A stretch of 64,000 nucleotides of DNA, taken from positions 10,912,001 through 10,976,000 of the forward strand of contig OZ176052.1 of the NCBI GenBank assembly GCA_964247055.1. Direction: 5' to 3'. The first letter of the stretch is position 1; each line of letters starts with the position of its first letter. This document shows, piece after piece, positions 12,701-25,172 of the stretch. A program made the translations under genes and the position numbers. The DNA comes from Paragordius varius (Eukaryota > Animalia > Nematomorpha). A model generated the notes under the pieces. That model was given only the letters and a program-made list of their open reading frames with translations, ran no database searches and had not been told where the DNA came from.

Positions 12701-15700
12701 GTTAAAGAATTCTGATAAATAAAGTTGACGGTCCCTTTACCATACAGTAAAAACCGTTAACCATATAGATCTAAAATATGGATAAATTAATAAAAACGGA
12801 CACTCTTTATAATTGCGATTCTTTAAAAATTTTTTGACTTAAATTTTTAATATCCTTATACTCTTAAAATTTTTTTATCAGGTATTATTACCGTTCAAAT
12901 ACGCTAGAAATTTCATTGAGCTTGAGTTTTGCCAGCTCTCCCGTTATTCGGTGAGCATCTCGTTTATAATTATCCAACACATCTTGCATAGTTTTGGTGT
13001 CCAATTTAATTTTTTGAGCCTTAGATTTTAGTTCCGTTTCATTCCGTTCTACCATATCAATCTTTTGTGTTATGAGGTCTAGGTTAGCTTTTGTTTCCAA
13101 CATTTTTTCCTTGATCAAATCATTTATAAATTTTTTAAAAAATATTTGAAAAGAAAACATCTCTATACTGATTGGGTTCTTTATAGTTAAGAGCCATATA
13201 AATTAATAAGTTAACTCTGATTTAACAAATTCCTAGTTGTTCACATGAAATGAACAGTTTTTTGATCGATCAAATCATCATTGAAAAAATTAATAATTAA
13301 TTATTTTTGAAATTTTTTACAAAATGTTAAATCTTACATACCATTGTATAATTAATGAAAACTTAAGCAAACTAAAATTCTGTTTAGAGAAGGATTATGA
13401 TCCATTTTTCCTCACGATTGGCGTCAATATAAAAGATGAGTATTAAATTCCATACTTTATATTTATCCAAATTTTCCATTAGGGCGGTGGCCTCAATCTC
13501 CATTTGTTTCATTTGATCTTTGCAATCTTTGATAGTTTTTTCAGCGTTGCTTGATTCCTCTTTGTCTTTGGCTAATTTGGTTTTGCATTTTTCAAAATTT
13601 CTATTTAAAAAAAAATATAAAATTTGTAAATTAATATATCGATACATTATGGTGTATAAAAAAAGATTTAATGTTAAAATTATGTTGAACATTAATTTTG
13701 CACATATTCGCAACGACAGTACCCGTCCCCCTTTATAAAAACTCCGATTTCTGAAAAAATATATGGGCCGTCCGCATCCTAACTTTTTAAATAAAAATTA
13801 TATCTGATGTTTTAAATTAAATCCACATTAAACTTCATTAGATTACATAAGAAAATGATAGAATTATTAAAAAAATTTTTATTTTTGGCTCATTATAGGG
13901 GTTACATAATACCAACCAACCAGTACGTTTGTAGGAATTTGTTTTCAATTTCAACGATTATATTAAAATCTTTATTTTGAAAGGACAGTATTTATTTTTA
14001 CAGTAAAGTGAACTGAAGGTTAAAACCTTTTAATTTAGTAATCAGTTAATAAAAATTCTAATTCTAGTAATTCCCGGCCAATATCGAAATAAAATAGTTA
14101 TTCCTAAAACAGTTAAACTGGGGAAGGAATGTCTTTTACTAAAATGATATAATTCTAAATGCTGTTTTTTATCATATGTGAAATCGCTGAAATATGTCTG
14201 GCGTATGATTAATTTAGCAAACTCACGAAATTAATTAAAAGAAATATTAATAGTATTTTTATACTTTCGCAATGATTCAGTTTCATGCTTTAATTTGTTA
14301 TATTCCTTTTCCAATTTATCCATTTCGGCATTATTTTTATCCAATTTAGTTTGAATGGGTTTTATGAGTTTGTCAGTCACAGATTTTATTTGATTGTCAT
14401 ATCTATGATATGGTAAAAATTGATATTATAGTGACAAAAGGTAAAAACTAGTGCCTTTTTAAAGCTTAATTTTTCCATATCATTAAATGATTATTACACT
14501 CAAATATATAGAAAAGCTAATATTTATTTAACCTTGCAAAAAGATAGTTTATATTAATATAATTAAGTTTTTTAAAAAATGGTTGTCTTTTAAAAAATCT
14601 CGTTTGGCAGTTGGAGGTTTGTCTTTACATTTCAATTTTTACTGTAATAATCTAATATGTATATAAAGTATGTTAAAAAATAAATATTTCATAAAAAATT
14701 AAATTTTGTTCATTTAATAGTTACTTTTCGATTTCAGCCTTAGATATGTTGGATTTTTGGATTTTTTCATCATGAATGTTTTGTAAATTGGTAATTTCTG
14801 TGGCCAAAATTTCAATCCGTTTTTCCATTTTAGTTTCCTCTGAATCTTTCCTATTCGTTTTAGCACCAATCGCGGCTTTTTCATGTGCTTTAAATTCCTC
14901 CAGTTGATTTTCCAATGCCTTAAGTTGAAGTTCTAGGGTCTAAAAAGTTGAATATAGACATGATATAACATTGGCAATATATATTAAATTTATTGCTAGA
15001 AACATTAAATATAATTATTGTGCCTTTAATTTATTAATTATTCTATTGGAATTAATTTACATTATTGTCTAATTATTAAGAAAATCTTTAAACCGAGACA
15101 AAAGTATAAACAAAGAATTATATATTTGACAAATGTTTTTTTAATTATAAACTTTAAACCGACAATTTAGATTAAATTAATTTAGTAATGATTATATAAT
15201 TGAAACAAAGTTTAAAATCCGAAACGATAATTAATGAAGTCACAAAAATTTAAAATGAGACTAGACCCATAATGGTTTGTTACTTAATGTAATATTGAAG
15301 ATTTGGATAATAAAAAATGAATAAAATTATTTGAGAGAAGGCAAACTATAATCTAAAAACACGAAAATCCAAATATTTTTTTTGTAAACAAAAAACACAA
15401 AAATAATTTTCCCATCACTTCAATTTCCATGGTCCATGATTCCCGATTTAACTTTAATTGCGTGAGTTGTTCATTGTTTAATTTGCGGAACGTTAATTCA
15501 ACATTATTCTTTTCGTTTTGGCATGTGGTTAATCGTTGCAATACCATTTCACATTCATTCTCAAGTTGTTTCAATCTGTTTTGATATTCAACCATTTGTT
15601 TTTCCTCGCGTTCCCGCATTAACCGTTCTTTTGATTCATTCAAATCTTCAGACTAAATTATAGTTTAATGTTTGATATTAATTAGATTTAAAATATATTA

Positions 15701-18700
15701 AAAAACAGTGGCCCATATTAAAAATGATTTAAAAAATATTCTACAAAGGCCACAAATTTTTCCAAAATTAACTTTATATGTGCTTAGAGGGAAAACAAAG
15801 AATATATAAAAACTAAATTTTAGGTAAAAAGAGTCAGCATAAATAAAACACACAAAATATGACTAAACAACATGGTAAAATATTTATCTAATAATGATAT
15901 TTTAGGATCATTTTTTTTTAAAAAATAAAAATTTTTATACGAATTTATTTAACATGTTAAATATTAATTATACTTTGGAATTAGGGGTTTCACTGATATA
16001 AGGGTATATGATATGATTAGTTGAATGTTCACATTTCACATAAAACTTTGATGACATTTTCCCACGTATTTGTTTATTACCTCCACCGCTTAGAGTTCCT
16101 TTTAATATAATTTAAAAATTTAGGCAAAAAAAACAGTATTAACAACCTGATTAAAATTGTTTTTTAATAATTAAAATAAATCTAATAGACAATTTTCTAT
16201 GAGACGTTTTTAAAAATATTTCGGATTTTTTTATATTTAAGTGAATCTTGATCCTAAAAATGGAAGTATGTTCTACTATATTAAGGCATTGATACAACTA
16301 ATTACTTCAATTAAAAAATTATATATGATAGCTTATTTTTTATATATAATCCGTTATAATATTAAATAATATTACACTGAATCAAATTAAAAAATTATCA
16401 TTCATTGATCAAAATGAATGGTGTTTCTCAAACCCTAAATTTAACAAAAAAAATCACAAAGTTTGAGGTATAAAAATAATAAGTGCATTATATTTAAGTA
16501 AAAATTCCGTAATTGTATTATTATCTAATATCGAAAAAAAACTAACCCCCACAATGCAGTTTAAGTTATAAATCCGAAAATTCGTAATTTTTTTATTAAC
16601 ACCCATAGTGATTAAAAAATTTATGCGCAAAAATTATGTTCTCAAACTTTATTATACCTGAGACTTCAATCAAATGGCCTTGGAGGGTTACAACACGATT
16701 ACGTTTCCTTCCACTGTAAGCTAAGGCAGTGGCTTGTTCTAAATCAGGACTTACTAAGGTTTCTCGCATGGCATAATAAAAGGCGGCAGATATAGCATCT
16801 CCAATCGATATAGGTAATTTACTGCTAAACAATAGTAAGCGGTAAAACTGATTTATGAAAAACAATTATAAAAAACCGTAAAAAAAATCAAACCAAATAT
16901 TTAAATGTTGTTAATTAGGTGTAAATGTATGTTATTATTTTAAAAATATAATTTAATTTGATCAAGTTGGATAATTTTAACGTAATTATTAATGAATTTA
17001 TAATTAATTTTGATGATGTTTTTTGCATCAAAATCTTCCAAAATCAATTTAGCCTAATCCATAATTTATGATGTAGTTAAAGCGTAATATAGTTTAGTAC
17101 TAAAGTCAAAGTTATGATTAATAAAGAGTTACAAATCATTGATTTTTCCTATTAATTTAAAGGTCTTTGAATATTTACATTACATATTTTACGCCTTACT
17201 TATTATTCTTTAATAATTTAATGTACCCTTTATTTGGGGGATTTTTAGTAGGTGCAACCAAAAACTTGACCAAATCATACAATCGTTGAGAGGTACCATT
17301 TGTGGCAGTATTTTGAACTAACGATAGCATAGCAGAAACATTAAATAAAAGTTGTGAGAAAAATATAAAAAAATAAAAATTGTTTACATTAGAAACAATA
17401 TTTTAAGAGTTGGTCAGGTTTATACGATATTTTCATTTAATAATTTTTTTGATTTACGAATACCTGGACCAGGAGCTAATTGATTCGCGCAAACAAAGGT
17501 GGAGGGTGGGAGTTTTTGTCGTTTCAGAAAATTTATGGCATTTTGCGCACAATTTTCATCCATTACCTTATTAAATATTAAAAGTTGATAAATCAAAAGA
17601 TTTTAACTTAAACTTTACCATTTATATGCAATAAATATATAAATAAGTTATGACCTGTTTAACATATATTTTAATTGAGTGATTTTACACTAATAAATTT
17701 TTTATGTTGGATCAAGTATACTCGTATTGAACATAAATTTACATTTTTAATAGATTAATAAGTAATAAATATACATTTTTTCAATTAATATATATTTACA
17801 TTTTACCTATTTGGACAAAAATTTTAACATTAAGAATAGTTTGTAAATGAACACACACGCGTTTTATAAAAAAGTATGTAAAGGTAAACTATATAGTAAC
17901 TTTCCTGAAAAAATGTATGTTAAGGTAACTAAATAAAATTTATTTTTTAATGCTTTACCAATATATTATCGAGAGCTGAACCGCACGCAGAACTGACAGC
18001 CACATCATATTTGGATGGGATAATACCCAAGTCTCCCTAAATAATAAATATAAAATAATTCCACCACATAAGGAATATAATGGTTAAAACTTTTTGGATA
18101 AAAAGATACAGTAAAGTTAAAAAGATAAGGCTTAAAATATGAAAAGTTAAACAAATTTTCATTAAAAGAATCCATTTTTAATTGATAAAATACGGGCTTA
18201 AGAAGCTTGAAATTAAGATTTTAACCTTATACTTACCAGCACTAATCACATAATAAAAATTAAAGGTGCAAAAATATGGCTGACTTTTACTTTTTTGATT
18301 GTGGCTCTTTATTTTGAAAACTTTGATTTAACAAATTATTTTACCCTTATATATTAAAACTTTACCGTACCCGCATTTTCAAGGCATATAAATTTTATAT
18401 GTACTATGGAAAGTTATTATTGATAAATAAAAGACATTTGTATAATAAGAAAACAAAATTATTGACTTATTCTTTTTCAGACTAAATGAAAAAAATAAAC
18501 TACAATAGTTTTTTACCCGCATAAGTAAAAATTAAACAGTAATAAATTTTTATCGATAAACAACATAATTTATTTCTAAAATTTTATAAGGTGCCATCTT
18601 ACATGACAAATGTAAAAAAATATTTGCCAATTCGAAAAAAATATTTACCAATCTCATAAATCCTTAACACACCAATTTTTAGCGAATAATAATTAATTAT

Positions 18701-21700
18701 GATCACGAAAAAAAAGTAACTATGCGTCCAAGAATCCCATTAATTTTTCCATTCCGTTGGGCTTGCATGAGTGATTTGACAACTTGATTCCTCAACATAT
18801 TTTGGTAAAATAATTGTTCCCCACCAGCACTATTTTGAGCTATTTCGGTGTCTCCATCATTATTGCTGTTTAAATCATTATTGTTGGCACTTGATAGATT
18901 GGACGAAAGGGCTCTGAGTTTAACATTAACATCTTGCATTTCTTTCCTGTGTTGAGTTAACTACGAGGGAAAAAAGTAAGCAAGTAATTATAAACACAAA
19001 ATTTAAATGTTTCAAAGGGGAGAGATAAACCAAATTTTTGTGCTTAAAACACTGTATTTTATCCAAAAGAATATGCCATGAAAATTGAAGGGTTAAAACG
19101 AATCTTATAAATACAACAGTTTTTGTAAAAAAGGTATGAATTAAATTAGGGTGCAAATATACTGTAATCTATTCAAAAGAATATACTGAATAAACAATTT
19201 TACTAAAAATACGAATCTTTGGCTTATAAAATTTAGAGAGTGTCCATACAATAAAATACATCCAACAAAATATGCCATATAAATCAGATTAACGAAAGGA
19301 TTTTAAAAAATCCAATCTTTATATAAAGAGCTAATTGTAATTATTTAAAATATTTTATCATGATGTGATATCCATTTAAATGGTTAAAATTTCAAACGTT
19401 AGCGACTCTTTTACAAAATTCACAAGAAAGTAATTTTTACTTGTGATTTTAATCGCTTTTCATCGGTAGCTAATTTTTCAATACTGGATCGGAGAGTTTC
19501 AGCTTGTTTTTCTAACTCTGGTAAATCTTTAGTGGTCAGATTTTTTAGATTTCTGCAAAAATAAAAATAATGTTTTAATTTTTAAAATATTTATACCATT
19601 ACAATTTTAATAAGTTTTATTATATGTAATATAAAACAATCACATACTCTTGTATAGATGACTTTTGTTTAGCAACTTGGCTAATTTGATCCCCAATAGA
19701 TTTAACTTTGTTGCGTTTTTCTTCCAACATATCGACGAGCATTTTATGTTCAGTTTTGGCTCGTTCGAGCTAAAATACGCAAAAAATTATATATAAATTT
19801 TTAAAAAAAATGAAGATCTAAACATGGTTTCTAATCAGTAAATATTAAGTGTTAAGCCTTAAAATATATACTAAATCTTTGAATGTATAATCATAATTAC
19901 CAAAACTAAAAATAAATTTTATATATAATGACGATTTATATGAAGATTCTTATTTTTTGTAAAAAGAAACCTAGATGTTAGGTTATTTTTATATAGTAAT
20001 GGAATCCGTCCATGTTTTACAGATTAGTTAACATTCTACAAGTTATATAGAAAAAATGAAAGGTCAAAAAATATGGTATGGTTAGATTTTTACTTTTTAA
20101 GCTAGCTTATTCAAAACTTTTACTTTATTTCTTTACCTTATCTTTGCAAATTTTTACTGAACCAAAAATAAATAATATATATGCATACATTAGATTTAGC
20201 TTCAATGTATTGAGGTTCAATTTGTTCCATCAAGATTTTTTCCTCCTTTTCTTTGGCTTGTGTGGCGTGTTTTGTGTTCTCCTTGAGCGTTTTCAAAGCT
20301 TTTTCCAACTCTGATTCCAAACGTGATTTGGTATCCTTCAAATTTTGTGAACGACCATCATGACTCTGCAAATATTCATCGTTACGTTCAAGCGTGTCGG
20401 TCCATTCTATAATCTATTATGTAAAAATTTATGCATTTGAATATCAATTTTTTGATTAAATAACCCTAATATACAATGAAAAACATTATGCGGAATTTAT
20501 GATGGTATTAAATAGCTACAAAATATTATGTAACATTTGCGATAAAAATCGTACTATATGTCTAACTAGGAATCAATATAGGGAAAAGGTATAAGAAACA
20601 AAAAACATCAAAAATGGCCGAAATAAATTTTTTGCAGCTTATTAAACATCGTTAAAATAATTGAAAAAAACTTGTATTTTAAACCTATTTCCTGGTACTT
20701 TCACACTTTTATATTATCTATAAAATTATAAAAATAAAAGTTGTTGATGTGTTGTTGTACATGTCACCATGAATACCCATTTTGAATTATAAAAATGTGT
20801 GTCCTAACCAATTATTTAGAAGAAATTTGAACCATTAAAAAAAATCGAAAACAATCAATGAAAAAATTTAGAAAATTATATATATAACACCTTTTTTTCA
20901 TCGTTAGATATACTATTTGTGAGCGTTTGTAGTTTTTGTTGGTTATGTTTATACGTTTCGCGTATTTTGGCATCTTGCAAATCCAAATCATTCAACTTTT
21001 GTTGACACGTTTCAAAAGTTTTGGTTGCGGTTTGAAAATCTCTAAAAATATTATGTGAAACAAAATATCATACATGTCAATAAAAAATTTGGAATGTATT
21101 TGTATTGAGATAACAATTTTTCTTATGAAATGTTAATCAACCTTATGAATTAATTTATATTAAGATATCATAAACTCCTTATTTAGAGTTTAAAAAACAC
21201 AGAAAATAAATATACCTATTGGTAGTTTTGTGCTGAGTTTCCAATTCTTTTTTCTCCTTATCAGCCGTTGTGATAGATAAATTTATGTTGTTTAATTCAG
21301 TGTTTGCTGTTGCTAACTCTTTTTCACGAATCGTTATTTGACGTTTAGTTGTATGTCTGATAAAGTTAAAAAAAGTCATAAAATACGTGTTTTTTTTATT
21401 AAAAATTTTCGTTAGGAACTTAAAAAACGAGCAATTTAATCCACGTATCGTAAAAATATCAAGCCATGGGATTTATCTTACTGAAAATTAAAATTAATTG
21501 ATATTTTGAAAATTCCGTTATAAAAATGAAAAATAGGGAATTCGATTCTTGTAAAAATATACTAAGCATAGGAATAATTACGGTAAATAGGTAAACCATA
21601 TTTTTAAAACCTTTATCATTATTATAATTAATCGTTTTGGTAAAAAAAGTATATAAAAATGTAAATTCGTACCAAATCAATTTTAGATTGACACTTTAAA

Positions 21701-24189
21701 TCAATAGGTTTAAAAAATTAAGGGTTAAAAATATAATTTACTTTAGTTTTTTTTGCTTATACATTATAAAAAAGATTAAATCACCAATTTTGTGTTTCTC
21801 ATTTATAATTACATGGGCTATAAACTAAAGATCAAAGGTTAAAATTATGATTTTCCCGTGTAAAAAATTTGATGCTTTTTATTTAATTTGATAATTTTAA
21901 TTTCGTAATCATAAGAAACAGTTTCAACTAATATTATAAAAAATATAGATTATGCTTTTGATATTGTAATAAAGCGTGCTTTAAATAATAATTTAATCTT
22001 ATTTTGATATAAAAAAACTCTTTTAAAATAAATTATTTTTTAAATTTTTTTGTTTTCATAAAATTAATTTATACAGTAATTATAAAATCGCACAAAAGTT
22101 TCAACTTTATAAATTTCAAAAAAAATAGAGAATATACTCTTGATGTTGTAATAGAGTGTGCCTTAAACTAATGCATTTGTTCTCAGTTTTTAGGTATTGG
22201 AGTGCCTTATTCCGAGCAGGTTCTAAACTTTTTAGCTCATTCTCACAAGCTTTGAAACGAGTTAATTTATTTGTACGTTTTTCCGATTCAGATTCGAGTG
22301 CCACTGATATTTTGTTAATGGCCGGTTGATAACTATTATGACATATATAAATTTATAATTTTGTGGTCAATCAATAAATAAAAATTTTTTTATCATTATT
22401 TTTTCTTTTTGCTAAAAAATATAGGGATTGGATCTTAACATATAATATAAATAATAAGCAATTAAAAGAGATAAAAAATTGTGTATTTTTCATGTAAAAA
22501 CACACATTAATCAAATATAGTCAAACCTCCTTCTCTAAAAAATCTAAAATAATATACCTCAGCCGAATAAAAATTAATAAAACTACAGTATCACTTATGG
22601 TTTCAAAAAAGAAAGCATAAACAAAAAAAACTAAAAAGAGTTTAGTCTATAAAATTGCTTCCGTAATCGCCAATATCAAACATAACCATTATATCAAATC
22701 AAACTTGTGTCTCAACGGACGTATACTTATAGTATTCTGTAAAACTCACGAAAACATTCACGTTTCAAAAAAATCACCTTTTTTAATGGTAATTGTGTTA
22801 AAAAAGAAGCCTCACCGCCGAAAAATGCAAAAAGTTAAATTTGAACTAAACGAAAAAAAACCCACAAGAGTCTTAAACTCAACCATTTAGAAATATTTTA
22901 AAAAGAAAAAATATCTGGAAAACTGTTATGCGAGTTCCAATCCCTGAAAATATAATAATGTATAAAATACTCACCGATTACTCCCGATAATATCTTCTAA
23001 AAATTCAAGCATTCCATCTTCATTTTCGTTGGCAGCTTTCGGTTTCATCAAAGATATCATTTCAACTTCCCCCTTAAAGAAATATTTAATAACAATATGT
23101 CAGAGATTAATGAAATGGGAAATTTATTTTTAGATATAACCATCACTCTTCAAATAAAATCAAGATATTATTTTATGGATGTTTATTTTGCAGCGTTTTA
23201 TTTTTGATTTTAAAAACGTATATTTTATTACTCACAGCTGATTGATGAGTTTTTGAGGGTTTATTAATGTGTCTTAAAATTTTTCGGAGTAAACGTTCTT
23301 TATTAAAACAAAATTACAATATTCTAAGTTCGATACGTTATTAAATAAAATAAAGCTTAAATAAAATACCAATAAAAATTGAAGAAAACAATTTATTTTC
23401 AATTAATTTTTTTAACAATCCTATTATCGCGGCTTAAAAAATGCATAGAAAAATAATATACATCATTAATTTTTGAATTTAAAGCATGTGAGAAGTATTG
23501 TACTCATCAAAAAAATACATTATATATTCTAAAACCATATAATTAAAATATAATTTGAAATAACTTGTAAAATTAGAAATCTATTATGGTCCAAATCGAT
23601 TCCATGCGATTTAAGTAAATCCGATATTTCTCTGTAATTAGACTTTTTCCCGTTTATAGAATAATATGAGGAGTTATCCTTAAAAGCTGTGCGCGATATA
23701 TTAAACTCTATATTTTGTGGAAGAGAGTTTTCGGATTCGGCATTTAAGTTTTTCTATCATTATAGGCATTTAATACCTGCAAAGTCTTTTTAAAAAATAC
23801 TTTAACGGTACAAAAATTTATATCGGAATGTTGGGAACTATTGTGAATCAGTACGCTGAGTTTTTTGGACCGTATCTTACTAGCCCGAAACCCAAATACA
23901 AAAAGCATTGAATCGATGACATTTGATTTACCACTACCATTAGGGCCAATTACTGCGGTAAAACTCTAATTTATAAATTAATTTTTAAACCTGGTGAAAA
24001 GGACCAATGATTTGTTTCCCGAAATAAGACTTAAAATTTTCTGTTTCAATTTTTTCAATAAGTAATTGTTCTTCATGAGGATTATATGTTGCAACCTTAC
24101 TTATAGTATCAGGTATTTCGATTTCCAAATCTGCATATTAAAGATAGACTACCTCTATAAATTTTTATTTCATCTTCTGTAAGATCCAT
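5588..24189 (-). CDS. SMC4: Structural maintenance of chromosomes protein 4 (condensin), about 28 exons
   Basis: Exons join in frame through GT-AG sites from ATG 24189 (MDLTEDEIKIYR) to TAA 5588-5590. Recovered motifs: NFKSYFGKQIIGPFH, Walker A GPNGSGKSNVIDSMLFVFG, GIDLDHNRFLILQGEVE, hinge GILGRIGDLG..KYDVAVS and NRVVTLQGHLIEVSGTLSGGG, GGDADLELVDSLDPF, signature LSGGEKTLSS, Walker B MDEIDAALDFKNVSI, AQFIIISLRNNMFE. Confidence 0.97.
6014..6053. repeat. (TA)n microsatellite
   Basis: About 40 nt of pure TA. Similar runs occur near 1190, 9670, 26990, 38770, 41346-41385, 44820 and 45681. Confidence 0.95.
6310..6780 (+). repeat. Dispersed non-coding repeat family B, copy 1 (in the last SMC4 intron)
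   Basis: Colinear similarity to the reverse complement of about 38980-39500 and to 46310-46525 plus 47170-47275. Shared blocks include ctttag(c/t)cttttagg, aaatgtatattat and ttttaactaaaat(a/t)ac. Confidence 0.75.
6790..8225 (-). mobile_element. 5'-truncated degenerate RTE-X-like retrotransposon in the last SMC4 intron
   Basis: On the - strand: IPIYK.KG, DMQF.FRP.KST, DLEHAFDTV, LRQSSIPGPLLFIIIME, LSWVILFADNLVV, a Cys remnant NNFVCIRC and a C-terminal RGRP..W motif. Confidence 0.8.
8235..8800 (+). mobile_element. 3' fragment of the same RTE-X-like family, opposite orientation
   Basis: Aligns by eye to the reverse complement of 6790-7320. Shared blocks: gatcaaaga(t/g)agaatttcacaaacatggaaaagttaccatt, aaatcgaaaatgttt..gacaaatcgt, attag(a/g)ccagt. 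Confidence 0.72.
11632..11817. mobile_element. TA-flanked foldback MITE (Tc1/mariner-type ends), SMC4 intron
   Basis: Ends TA-cggtat(g/a)cattttaatggttgcttatttcacactatagt...; roughly 75-80 bp near-perfect inverted arms around a short spacer. Confidence 0.85.
11824..12041. mobile_element. Second, unrelated TA-flanked foldback MITE immediately adjacent
   Basis: Ends TA-cagtcatgtatcctttattttatcaaaaatttatt and ...ggatacatgactg-TA; about 65-70 bp inverted arms. Confidence 0.85.
22422..22946. mobile_element. hAT-like MITE in SMC4 intron 5
   Basis: Termini tagggattgga / tccaatccctg. Flanking 8-mers aaaaaata and aaaatata match at 7 of 8, a candidate 8-bp TSD. Same terminal word as the 58984-59365 element. 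Confidence 0.6.
23754..24152 (-). other. SMC4: Three ultra-short GT-AG introns at the SMC4 5' end: 24131-24152 (22 nt), 23966-23990 (25 nt), 23754-23776 (23 nt)
   Basis: Removing them gives the conserved GPFHQ|SFTAVIGPNGSGKS and KTLQ|KNLN...ISRTAFKDNSSYY. Retention gives a stop (GTT TAA) or a frameshift. Confidence 0.9.
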
Positions 24190-24204
24190 AGGCCGTTTTA
24201 CGAA

Positions 24205-24217
24205 TTCAAATTTTGCG
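24205..24217 (-). promoter_or_regulatory. CDE/CHR-like element (CGC-AAAA-TTTGAA) 15 nt upstream of the SMC4 ATG
   Basis: The - strand reads gcacgc aaaa tttgaa ttcgtaaaacggcct ATG; same geometry as upstream of PRIM1. Confidence 0.5.
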
Positions 24218-24739
24218 TGCAATATGTAAGTTATAATGCATGCTAAACTGTTGATTTATCTTGGCGTATAAATATATATGGACCCATCTTACAAAAAATG
24301 TATGAGCTTTTTAAAAAATTATTAAAATTTATGATTTAGTTTTCAATTAGGGAATATAGATAGATGTATGTAATCTATCGCCACTGTTCACAGGTATAGT
24401 TTTTCTAGCTTAACTAAGTGCACACAAATTTTTTTAGCGAAATATACATATTTTAATAGCAAATGTATCGGAAGTTTCTTTCTGATAAGTCTTTTCGCAT
24501 AATTAATTAAGTTATTGTGACGTAATATATGTAAGATATAAATTGTTTTTTTAAAATTCATCAAGTAACCGTACCTTTAAATTTGAATTCGAAGCGATTG
24601 TAAGCATCAGCGAATTATAAAAGAGTATTATAAAGCGTTTTTATGGGATTTCCATCACGCCTTAAAAAAGTATGAAGCACGCTTCAACAAAAGGCCAAAA
24701 TTTTTATTTTTGAAAAACTATGCTTTTTAAAAAAAATAT

Positions 24740-24975
24740 TGTTTCTTGATGTCAAATTTAATATATAAGTGAAATTTATCTCACAATCCCAGCATTTATT
24801 CTAAGATAACATAAGAAGAGGAAAAATAGAATTTTCGGAGCCCACATCTAAAAATTATTTTTTTAAAAATGGTTTTGCTTTTTACAGATATATGATATAT
24901 TTTAATGATATTTTTTGGAATGAAGCATCTAGCTTTTTCCAAAAAAAATTATAAAACTGCGCAAATTTTGCCATT
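24740..24975 (+). repeat. Dispersed repeat family H (ttcggagcccacat core)
   Basis: Same-strand similarity to 26228-26325 and about 48550-48740: ttcggag(c/a)ccacat in all three, ggaatgaagcatc shared with 26228-26325, tgcgcaaa shared with 48550-48740. Confidence 0.6.
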
Positions 24976-25172
24976 TTCTTATATGGAGTTCTTGCCATGA
25001 AATTGTAAAAATCATAGGTATCATGATAATCCTGATACATTTTTATATGAGGATATATTTATAATCGTATTATTTTTTTATACCCATCGATTTCGCACGC
25101 AGTGTTATCCAACATATAAAAATATTTTCGCTAGTATCGGTAATTTTGAGTTTATAAAAAAGCTCATTCTTG

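Noticed and set aside
18229-18240. ATACTTACC matches the U1 snRNA 5' end
   Set aside because: Only 9 nt match, with no U1 stem-loops or Sm site downstream. It is just the reverse complement of a GGTAAGTAT donor-like word inside an SMC4 intron.
22944-22974. Possible 31-nt intron (GTGAG...TTTCAG) in SMC4
   Set aside because: The downstream sequence is a MITE terminus and gives non-SMC4 residues. The conserved frame resumes at about 22334 (SNR|YQPAI).
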